This document shows positions 19,287-27,203 of a stretch of 64,000 nucleotides of DNA, piece after piece; position 1 is the first letter of the stretch; each line of letters opens with the position of its first letter. Location: the NCBI GenBank assembly GCA_027491915.1, contig JAOZGC010000004.1, positions 64,001 through 128,000 on the forward strand, read 5' to 3'. The position numbers and the translations under genes are program-made. Source of the DNA: Thermoproteota archaeon. GTDB lineage: Archaea; Korarchaeota; Korarchaeia; Korarchaeales; Korarchaeaceae. The notes beneath the pieces are model-generated. The model searched no databases, was not told the origin of the DNA, and saw only the letters and a program-made list of their open reading frames with translations.

Positions 19287-19934
19287 TCACCTGAACACGA
19301 ACCCCTTCCTCATGTACCACAGGTAGAGGTCCGCCTCGGCCATGCTCATGCCGGCGGCCTCGACCACGCCCCTCAGGGCCCCTTCCAGCTCCAGGTACCT
19401 CCTCCTGGTCAGGGACCTGGGTCTCCTCGCCACCCCGTACTCCTCCATCAGGGATAGCACGTGCCTGTCCAGTATGGCCAGATCCCTCCTGCCGACGTTC
19501 CTGAGGAAGTGACTAGCCTCCTTCATTCCAATCCCCCTTATCTCCCTCCTCAGAACGTCCCTGGCCTCTCCGGACGGCAGCCGGGGGATCACCCTTCTGA
19601 CCCACCCTATCCTCTCCCTGGCCCCGACGATGAAACCGGCCCGGGCCGCCGGGAACCTGTGCCCGGCCCTCCTGAGGAACGCCTCTATCTCCCCCTCTTC
19701 CCCCTCCCACAGGAGGGAACTCTCGTCCAGCCCCACGGCCATCTCGTAGGCCGCTACACCGGAGAAGTTGGCCGCCAGCAGGCAGAAGGCCAGCTCCCTC
19801 ATCCAGGCCCGTTCGCCCGATCTCCCTATCCTCTCAAATTCCCTCAGCCTCTCCTCCACCCTCTCGGCGACGCTGGTCCCCCTAAGCCTGATGAGCTCCC
19901 TCACCAGGTCTACCGCCGACGGCACGATCTCCAT
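19287..19934 (-). CDS. ogg: N-glycosylase/DNA lyase (8-oxoguanine DNA glycosylase)
   Basis: [17 protein letters not shown], Hh[29 protein letters not shown]. Confidence 0.92.
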   Translation of the reverse strand: MEIVPSAVDLVRELIRLRGTSVAERVEERLREFERIGRSGERAWMRELAFCLLAANFSGVAAYEMAVGLDESSLLWEGEEGEIEAFLRRAGHRFPAARAGFIVGARERIGWVRRVIPRLPSGEARDVLRREIRGIGMKEASHFLRNVGRRDLAILDRHVLSLMEEYGVARRPRSLTRRRYLELEGALRGVVEAAGMSMAEADLYLWYMRKGFVFR

Positions 19935-19986
19935 CCGCCGGGGGAACTCCTTAATTAGGGCAGCCCCGGCGGACTACTTGAGGGGA

Positions 19987-21036
19987 ATGCCGAAGAAGAA
20001 GGTTGAGGATACCCACGAGGAGGAGGTCCCCGAGGGCTCGGGGGAGGTCCCGGCGGATCTCCTGGAATCGGTGGAGGAGGTGTTCGTCGAGGGCGGGGAG
20101 GGGGTGGACCTCACCGTTTTGGAGGGGGTCGGCCCCACGACCGCCAAGAAGCTCACCGACGCGGGATTCCTGACCCTGGAGTCGATAGCCCTGTCCAGTC
20201 CGGTGGAGCTCTCCGTGGCGTCGGGGGTCCCGGAGTCGACGGCCAAGAAGATAATAGCGGCCGCCAGGAAGAGGCTGAAGATAGACGTCATGACCGCTCT
20301 GGAGTACTACCAGCAGAGGAAGTCCGTCCAGAGGATCACCACCGGCAGCAGGGGGCTGGACGACCTCCTGGGAGGGGGTCTGGAGACCCAGGCCATAACC
20401 GAGATATACGGACCCTATGGATCGGGGAAGACCCAACTGTGCCACCAGATAGCCGTAACCGTTCAGCTCCCGCCTGAGAGGGGCGGCCTGGGCAAGGGGG
20501 CTTTCTACATAGATACGGAGGGGACCTTCCGCCCCGAGAGAATAGTTCAGATAGCGGAGAGATTCGGCCTGGACCCGGAGAGCGCGCTAAAGAACATACT
20601 GGTGGCCAGGGCCTACACGAGCGACCATCAGATGGTCGTCACCGAGAAGGCCGAGCCCTACCTGGCCGGGCGCAACGTCGGCCTGGTGATAGTGGACTCC
20701 CTGATAAGCCACTTCAGGGGGGAGTACACCGGCAGGGAGACCCTGGCCGAGAGGCAGCAGAAGCTCAACAGGTACATACACAGGCTCCTGAGGTACGCCA
20801 TGGCCTACAACCTGGCGGTCCTGGTCACTAACCAGGTGGTCTCCGAGGTGGGCTTCGTATGGGGCGACCCGACCAAGCCGGCCGGCGGGCACGTAATAGG
20901 GCACGGGGTCACCGCCAGGCTCTACATAAAGAGGGGGAAGGCCGGCAGGAGGGTGATAAAACTCGTCAAGAGCCCCTACCTCCCGGAGGATCAGGTTGAG
21001 GTCGCGATAACGGAGGGGGGGGTCGTCGACGTCTGA
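19987..21036 (+). CDS. radA: DNA repair and recombination protein RadA
   Basis: HhH GVGPTT, GPYGSGKTQ, YIDTEGTFRPER, IVDS, LAERQQKL; no intein. Confidence 0.97.
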   Translation: MPKKKVEDTHEEEVPEGSGEVPADLLESVEEVFVEGGEGVDLTVLEGVGPTTAKKLTDAGFLTLESIALSSPVELSVASGVPESTAKKIIAAARKRLKIDVMTALEYYQQRKSVQRITTGSRGLDDLLGGGLETQAITEIYGPYGSGKTQLCHQIAVTVQLPPERGGLGKGAFYIDTEGTFRPERIVQIAERFGLDPESALKNILVARAYTSDHQMVVTEKAEPYLAGRNVGLVIVDSLISHFRGEYTGRETLAERQQKLNRYIHRLLRYAMAYNLAVLVTNQVVSEVGFVWGDPTKPAGGHVIGHGVTARLYIKRGKAGRRVIKLVKSPYLPEDQVEVAITEGGVVDV

Positions 21037-21064
21037 GGGATCTCGGGCGGGCGGCCTGATCCGG

Positions 21065-21265
21065 GTGTCCGTCGGCGGCGAGACTCTCCTCCTCGGTCGT
21101 GGGTCCACCGCCCGCTCCCTCTACGCCAAGCTGAACCTGCATCCAGAGGCATACCTGCTGATATCGGGGGGATCCCCCGTGCCGGACGGGGCATCCCTCG
21201 AGGACGGAGACGAGGTCTCCGTGCTCCGCGTGACCTATCACGTGTCCCCGGTAGATGGGAGATGA
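21065..21265 (+). CDS. MoaD/ThiS-like ubiquitin-fold protein lacking C-terminal GG
   Basis: G.T..L..KL.L.PE..L....G.PVP....L.DGDEV.VLRV pattern; upstream of and overlapping the tRNA thiolase gene (ATGA). Start may be CTG 21056. Confidence 0.7.
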   Translation: MSVGGETLLLGRGSTARSLYAKLNLHPEAYLLISGGSPVPDGASLEDGDEVSVLRVTYHVSPVDGR

Positions 21266-22227
21266 GGTTCCCAACATGCCACTCGTGCGGGGAGAGGCCC
21301 GCGGCGATAACCCTCAGGGACCTCGGGGCCGAGTACTGCGCCGCCTGCCTCGAGAGGTCCGTCCTCCGCAGGGCGAGGTCGTCGGTGGCCGACCTGCTCT
21401 CTGAGGGGGATCGGGTGGTGGTGGCCCTCTCGGGGGGGAAGGACAGCTCCGTGGCCCTCTACGTCCTGAGCCGGATGGCGAGGGAGGGGGGCATGGACGT
21501 CGACCTCGCTGCGCTCACGGTCGACGAGGGGACTCCCTACAGGAGGGGGGCCATCCGGGCGGCCTCCGAACTCGCGGCCATGCTGGGGGTCCCCCACAGG
21601 GTGGTGAGCCTGAAGGACTATCACGGGATCTCCATAGGAGAGCTGGAGGGATCCCTTCCCCCGGGACACAGGAGGTCTCCCTGCACCTACTGCGGGGTCC
21701 TCAGGAGGCAGACCCTGAACGTGGCCGCCAGGGAGATGGGGGCCGACTGGCTTGCCACCGGGCACAACCTGGACGACCTGGTTCAGACCTACGTGATGAA
21801 CCTGATAAGGGGGGACGTGAACGCCATGGGCAAGCTGATCTCCGGGGTCAGGTCCCCGTCCGAGGCGCTGATCCCCAGGATCCGTCCCCTGGAACTCGTC
21901 TACGAGAGAGAAACCGCGGCCCTGTCGGTCGCGCTCGGGCTGCCGGCCCAGCTCGGAAAGTGCCCCATGACGAGGGGGCTGAGGATACCCGTGAGGAGGG
22001 CCCTGGACGACGTCGAGCTCTCGAACCCCGGGTTCAAGAGATCCCTATACGAGGGACTCACCGAGCTGCTCCGGCGCAGGAGGACAGATATTCTCTCCCA
22101 CATAGAGGTGAGGCCGTGCGAGATCTGCGGGGAACCGACCACGGGGACCGTGTGCAAGGCCTGCGAGCTGAAGGGAGAGCTGGAGTCCATCCTGGGGAGG
22201 AGACTCCCCAGACTCCACAGCGCCTAG
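21262..22227 (+). CDS. tRNA 2-thiolation protein, TtuA/Ncs6 (TIGR00269-like)
   Basis: Zn fingers at both ends, PP-loop SGGKDS, CTYC, TGHNLDD, IPRIRPL, CP. Confidence 0.9.
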   Translation: MRFPTCHSCGERPAAITLRDLGAEYCAACLERSVLRRARSSVADLLSEGDRVVVALSGGKDSSVALYVLSRMAREGGMDVDLAALTVDEGTPYRRGAIRAASELAAMLGVPHRVVSLKDYHGISIGELEGSLPPGHRRSPCTYCGVLRRQTLNVAAREMGADWLATGHNLDDLVQTYVMNLIRGDVNAMGKLISGVRSPSEALIPRIRPLELVYERETAALSVALGLPAQLGKCPMTRGLRIPVRRALDDVELSNPGFKRSLYEGLTELLRRRRTDILSHIEVRPCEICGEPTTGTVCKACELKGELESILGRRLPRLHSA

Positions 22228-22264
22228 ATTAAAACCCCCCAGGCCTCAGGCTGGTGGGAGTCCC

Positions 22265-23038
22265 TTGGGCTGGATGAGGATCAGGAGGTTGGCCGAGGTA
22301 GACGGCGGACATAGGTACGCCATCGCCGGATTCGCCGGAGTAGCCAACGTCGGCGAGCAGACCGTGTCCCATGTGAGAAGCTCCCTCGGGGGGAGGCCCG
22401 TGGTCGAGATATACTCGGAGTACCTCCTCCTGCCGGGGAACATGGCCGGGATATCCGTCTCGGAGGACGGGAGCTTCGAGCTCCCATCCATACGAATATC
22501 CGAGGCCGAAGCCCCCTCGGGAAAGATCCTGCTGGTCTCCTCCCCGGTTCAACCCCTTCCCTGGGGCCAGATGGAGGTGGCCGACGCCGTCGTGGGAGAG
22601 CTCAGGGCCATGGGATGCGAGACCCTGATAGTGGTGACCGGGTTCGCGGAGGAGGAGATGTCCGGCAGCGTCCTCGTCTTCGGAGGCGACAGGGAGACCG
22701 TGGACCTGCTCGTCGGGGCCGGCGCCAGGGAGGTGGAGCCCATGAGGTCGATAGTCGGCCTGGCCGGGGCCCTGCTCGCGACCGCCAAGATAGAGGGGAT
22801 GAGATTCGTCTCGGTCACCGGCGTGGCCGAGGCCGTGTCCACCGATCCGAGGGCCGCCAGGGAGGTCCTCAGGGTGCTGTCCTCCGGGCTCAACCTGAAC
22901 CTGGATCTCTCCAAGGTTGAGAGGGAGGTCGAGGAGTACGAGGAGCTGAAGAGGAGGGTGCTGTCCGAGCTCGAGCGGCAGCTCCAGGCCCTCGGGGAGG
23001 AGGGGAGGCCTCCCATAGAGTCGGACTACGTGGGGTGA
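22265..23038 (+). CDS. PAC2-family proteasome assembly chaperone homologue
   Basis: GFAGVANVG, QP..WGQ, IVGLAGALL, DPRAA..VL. Confidence 0.8.
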   Translation: MGWMRIRRLAEVDGGHRYAIAGFAGVANVGEQTVSHVRSSLGGRPVVEIYSEYLLLPGNMAGISVSEDGSFELPSIRISEAEAPSGKILLVSSPVQPLPWGQMEVADAVVGELRAMGCETLIVVTGFAEEEMSGSVLVFGGDRETVDLLVGAGAREVEPMRSIVGLAGALLATAKIEGMRFVSVTGVAEAVSTDPRAAREVLRVLSSGLNLNLDLSKVEREVEEYEELKRRVLSELERQLQALGEEGRPPIESDYVG

Positions 23039-23044
23039 GCCACC

Positions 23045-23392
23045 TTGCCCCTCGACAGGCTGAGGGAGAAGATGACGAGGGAAAACCTGTGGCTCTACAT
23101 ATTCGCCCTCCTGCTCGAGGGGCCGAAGTACCCGTACGAGATGGCCGACCTGATAGAGAAGAGGTTCGGCTGGAGGCCCGCCAGGGTGACTGCCTACATA
23201 GTGATGAACAGGCTGAGGGCCGAGGGCTACCTGAGGGCTGTCAGGGTTCGGGGTGAGAACGGCAAGGCCCGCAACTACTTTGAGCTGACGGAGAAGGGGA
23301 GGAAGACCTTCTCCGAGGCGGAGAGGCTCCTGAGGTTGATATACAGGGAGCTGTTTGACAGGGAGATAGAGGATGGCCCGGATATGGCTTGA
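23045..23392 (+). CDS. PadR-family transcriptional regulator
   Basis: NLWLYI..LL..P.YPYE..I...FG..P..T.Y.V..RL..EG, RNYFELTEKG. Confidence 0.88.
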   Translation: MPLDRLREKMTRENLWLYIFALLLEGPKYPYEMADLIEKRFGWRPARVTAYIVMNRLRAEGYLRAVRVRGENGKARNYFELTEKGRKTFSEAERLLRLIYRELFDREIEDGPDMA

Positions 23393-24431
23393 CGCGGGGG
23401 CGCCCCGCGAGGCGCGCTACTTCTCCGTGATAGCCGAGTTGGCCCGGGAGAGGGGTCACGAAGTCCTCCTGACGGCGAAGGATCACGCCGAGACGGTAGG
23501 GCTCCTCCGTCGGCTTGGGGCGGATTTCGTCCCGGTCGGGAAGCACGGAGGCGGGACCAAGCTGGGGAAGCTCATCTCCTACGCCGAGAGGGCCGCCTCC
23601 CTCGCCTCCGTGGTATCCAAGTTCGACCCCGACGTTCTGGTCTCCCTGTCGGTGCCGGAGGCAGTCAGGGTGGCCTTCGGCCTGGGTAAGAGGATAATCT
23701 CCATAGACGACGCGCCTCACGCGTACCACGTCGGGAAGCTCTCCCTCCCCCTGTCCGACGCCGTCGTCTTCCCCGCCGCCATACCGCCCGAGCTCTTCCT
23801 CCGGCTGGGCGCCCCTCGGGAGGCCCTTCACCCCTTCGACGGGATAGATGAGGTGGCCTGGATAAGGAGGTTCTCCCCCGACGAGCGGGTCCTGGATGAG
23901 CTCGGACTGGAGCGCGGCGACCTGATAGTCGTGGCCAGGCCGGAGGAGTCCAAGGCCGCGTACCTGATGGACAGGGGGGACCTGGGCGTCGTCCTCCCGG
24001 TGGTCAGGCTGGCCCTGGAGGAGGGGGCCAGGGTGGTCTTCTTCCCGAGATATCCAGACCAGAGGAGGGCCGTTCAGGAATTCTCGGGAGGATCCGTAGT
24101 GATCCCGGACAGGCCGGTGGACACCCTGAGCCTCTACCACTTCTCGTCCATGGTGGTGACCGGCGGCGCGACCATGGCCAGGGAGGCGGCCATGTTGGGA
24201 GTCCCATCCCTCGTCATGTTCCCCCTTGAGGTGCCCCTCCACATAGAGAAGTACCTCGGGCGGCTGGGTCTCCCCATCCGCAGGGTCGGGGGGGTGGAGG
24301 AGGCCCTGGGGCTGGCCCGGTCCATACTGAGGGATCCGGAGTCGCACAGGGTGGATCCGAGACCCATCGTGTCCGCCATGGAGGATCCGGCCGAGCTGAT
24401 CCTCTCGATCATAGATGGCTGGTCCTCCTGA
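23373..24431 (+). CDS. DUF354 family protein (GT-B glycosyltransferase-like)
   Basis: RIWLDA..P, VGKHGG, S..EA.RVAFGLG, RPEES.AAY, GATMAREAA.LGVP. Confidence 0.85.
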   Translation: MARIWLDAGAPREARYFSVIAELARERGHEVLLTAKDHAETVGLLRRLGADFVPVGKHGGGTKLGKLISYAERAASLASVVSKFDPDVLVSLSVPEAVRVAFGLGKRIISIDDAPHAYHVGKLSLPLSDAVVFPAAIPPELFLRLGAPREALHPFDGIDEVAWIRRFSPDERVLDELGLERGDLIVVARPEESKAAYLMDRGDLGVVLPVVRLALEEGARVVFFPRYPDQRRAVQEFSGGSVVIPDRPVDTLSLYHFSSMVVTGGATMAREAAMLGVPSLVMFPLEVPLHIEKYLGRLGLPIRRVGGVEEALGLARSILRDPESHRVDPRPIVSAMEDPAELILSIIDGWSS

Positions 24432-25740
24432 AGTACTTCCTCCATAAGACCTCGGCCAGCACCACGGCCGGCTCCGCGACGTCGCACACCTCCGGGTTGT
24501 AGGGGTACTCCAGGAGCCTCAGGTCCTGGATCCTCATCCCCATCCTTATCGCCAGGGTGGCCAGCGCGACCCTCTCCCTGATCCCCCTCCTGCCGAAGAA
24601 CTGGGCTCCCAGGAGCCTGCCCTCCGGATCCGCCACGAACCACCCGGTGACCCTCTCCCTGTCCGGGGAGTACCGTGGCCTGTCAGATCCGGAGAAGGAC
24701 CCCGTCTTATATTCCATTCCGAGCCTGAAGGCCTCCCCGGCGGTTAGCCCGACCCCCCCGAGCTCGTACTCGCCGAAGCGCAGGACGTAAGGGCAGAGGG
24801 CCCCGGGATACTTCGTCCTGCCGCCGACCGAGTTCTCCCCGGCCACCCTCCCCTGGACCAGGGCCGTGGAGGCCAGCCCCGTCACCATGGGCCTGCCGCT
24901 GACCAGGTTCTTGACCTCCGCCACGTCTCCCGCCGCGTAAACGTCCTTCACCACCCTCATCTCGTCGTCAACCACGAGTCCGCCGGTCTCTCCTATCGGG
25001 AGGCCTGCCTCGGCCGCCAGCCTCGATTCCGGCCTGACCCCCGCGGCGAGTATGACGGTATCCGCCTCCACGAACCTCCCGCCGGCCGCCGCGACGCCCG
25101 TGACCCTGCCGCCGGACCCCCTTATCTCCTCCACCCTCGCCCTCAGCATGACCTTGACCCCCATCTCGGACAGGGCCTTGGCCGCCGCGGAGGCGATGGG
25201 GGGGTCCACCTTCCCCGGCATGAGCTGGTCCATCATCTCCATGAGGGTGACCTCCCTCCCGGTGGTCGCCAGCTCGGCCGCCGTCTCTATCCCCGTCGCG
25301 CTCCCCCCGACCACAGCGACCTTCTCGCCGAGCCACCCCAGTATCCTCTCGGCGTCTTCCACGTCCCAGAGCTTGCTTACCCCCTCCAGGTCCCTCCCGG
25401 GTATGGGCGGCAGGACCGGCCTCAACCCCGTGGCTATTATCAGCGAGTCGTAGTGGACCCTCTCCTCGTCTCCGTCCGCCTCGAAGGTTACCTCCTTCCT
25501 CTCCGGGTCGATTCTTCTGGCCTCCGCCCTCACTATCACCTGGACCCCAGGCCTGGATCTCCTCTCCACCACGTCGTCTAAGCCGAGCTTCCCGGAGAGG
25601 ACGTAGGGGAGGGCGCACGGGTGATAGGATGGATACGGGTGCCTCTCCAGCACCAGGACCTCGGCCCCCCTGGAGGAGAGCCTCGCGGCGGCGGCCGCCG
25701 TCTGCCCCGCCGTCCCGTTCCCTATGACCACGACCCTCAT
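24409..25740 (-). CDS. CoA-disulfide reductase / NADH oxidase-like flavoprotein
   Basis: GNGTAG, SYHPCALPY redox Cys, ATG, GGSATG.E, VYAAGD; start reassigned to ATG 25740. Confidence 0.88.
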   Translation of the reverse strand: MRVVVIGNGTAGQTAAAAARLSSRGAEVLVLERHPYPSYHPCALPYVLSGKLGLDDVVERRSRPGVQVIVRAEARRIDPERKEVTFEADGDEERVHYDSLIIATGLRPVLPPIPGRDLEGVSKLWDVEDAERILGWLGEKVAVVGGSATGIETAAELATTGREVTLMEMMDQLMPGKVDPPIASAAAKALSEMGVKVMLRARVEEIRGSGGRVTGVAAAGGRFVEADTVILAAGVRPESRLAAEAGLPIGETGGLVVDDEMRVVKDVYAAGDVAEVKNLVSGRPMVTGLASTALVQGRVAGENSVGGRTKYPGALCPYVLRFGEYELGGVGLTAGEAFRLGMEYKTGSFSGSDRPRYSPDRERVTGWFVADPEGRLLGAQFFGRRGIRERVALATLAIRMGMRIQDLRLLEYPYNPEVCDVAEPAVVLAEVLWRKYFRRTSHL

Positions 25741-25800
25741 CTCCCCGGACTCCGGCCGCCTAAATTTTAAGCCGGGGGGGCGCGGCCCGCCGACGTCCTG

Positions 25801-26571
25801 ATGCCCTATCTCAGGGTCGTTCCGGTGGCCGGGAAGATCAGGGCCTCCAAGCCGGTGGTCCTGGTTCAGGGGGTGCCGGGCCTCGGCCTGGTTGGGAAGA
25901 TAGCCGTCCAGTACGTCATAGACCTGCTCTCTCCACCTATGGTGGCCAGGATGTACAGCGACTACCTCCCCCTGCCCGACGGGTCGGCGGGCGTCGCCGT
26001 CGGGGAGGGAGACGTCGATCCCCCCTCCTACGACTTCTACCTGCTCAGCCAAGACGGGGCCCGGGTTGACCTGGTGCTGCTCACGGCGGAGGCCCAACCC
26101 ATACCCTGGGGCCAGTACAGGATAGGGGAGGCGGTCCTGGACTACGTCGAGGGACTGGGCGAGGTGGAGGCCGTCCTAACCTTCGGCGGATACGTACCAG
26201 CAGATCCGGCGACCGTCGGGGTGTTCGCCGCCAGCAACGACCCGGACCTGATGGAGATCCTGGAGTCCCACGGGGTGAGGCGGCTGGACGGGGGATTCGT
26301 CACCGGGGCGGCGGGCCTCCTGATAGCCCTGGCCCACCTCCGGGGGTTGAGGAGCGCCTGCCTCCTAAGCACAACCCGCGGCCACTCGCCCGATCCCGGC
26401 GCGGCGCTCCGCCTTGTCAGGCTGCTCAGCTCCCTGTTCGGGTTCGACATAGACACCTCCGAGCTGGAAGAGGCGGCCAAGCCGTCCGAGATCCCGAGAC
26501 CACCGGTCGGCATAGTTCAGGGAGAGGGGGAGGAGCCCAAGGGTGAAGAGGGGCTGCCCTACCACATGTGA
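25801..26571 (+). CDS. PAC2-family proteasome assembly chaperone homologue (second paralogue)
   Basis: GVPGLGLVGKIA, AQP..WGQY, TFGGY, VTGAAGLL, PDPGAA. Confidence 0.85.
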   Translation: MPYLRVVPVAGKIRASKPVVLVQGVPGLGLVGKIAVQYVIDLLSPPMVARMYSDYLPLPDGSAGVAVGEGDVDPPSYDFYLLSQDGARVDLVLLTAEAQPIPWGQYRIGEAVLDYVEGLGEVEAVLTFGGYVPADPATVGVFAASNDPDLMEILESHGVRRLDGGFVTGAAGLLIALAHLRGLRSACLLSTTRGHSPDPGAALRLVRLLSSLFGFDIDTSELEEAAKPSEIPRPPVGIVQGEGEEPKGEEGLPYHM

Positions 26572-26579
26572 TCTGTCCT

Positions 26580-27203
26580 CTAAGAGATCTTCCTGAGCCT
26601 GACCTCTAGGATGCCGTTGTTGTAGGAAGCCTTCGTCCCCTTCGCGTCTACCTTCGCCGGCAGATCCACGTCGGCCCGGTAGTGACCTGCCCTAACCGAG
26701 AGCCTGCCCCCCTTCAGCCTGAGCTTGATATCCTCCTTCTTGACACCCGGTATCTCCGCGACGACGACGATCTCGTCGCCGAAGTCCATCACGTCGACCA
26801 CGGGCTCCCTGACGAGCTTCGTCTCCACCCCCTCCCCGGACCCGTGACCGACCTCTGCAGCCTCGACCTCCTCCTCCACCTCCTCTATCTCCTCTTTGGG
26901 CTCCCCCCCACCAACGTTTCCGAAGTACCTTATCCTCGGCTTGCCGTCCGGCCCTATGGTCATGTAGTAACCGTACACCATGGGACCCCTTATCTCCATG
27001 CCCGATGGGGTCCTCAGCCTCGGGAACTTCTCCTCTATCTCATCCAGGTCCACGCCCTCCTCCATCAACTCTCTGAACTGTCTCTCCAGATCCTCCTGCA
27101 TCTTTCGGAAGAGCCTCATCATCTGCCTGAGCCACTCCTCGAAGGGATCCTCTTCATCCCCAACCGTCTCGGACACCCTCATCGTTGGAGGCGCGCCGGT
27201 CAA
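26580..27203 (-). CDS. Small heat shock protein Hsp20
   Basis: GP.VYGY.MTIGPDGKP, REPVVDV, AEIPGV.KEDI, ASYNNGILEV; true start may be ATG ~27182. Confidence 0.92.
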   Translation of the reverse strand: MTGAPPTMRVSETVGDEEDPFEEWLRQMMRLFRKMQEDLERQFRELMEEGVDLDEIEEKFPRLRTPSGMEIRGPMVYGYYMTIGPDGKPRIRYFGNVGGGEPKEEIEEVEEEVEAAEVGHGSGEGVETKLVREPVVDVMDFGDEIVVVAEIPGVKKEDIKLRLKGGRLSVRAGHYRADVDLPAKVDAKGTKASYNNGILEVRLRKIS

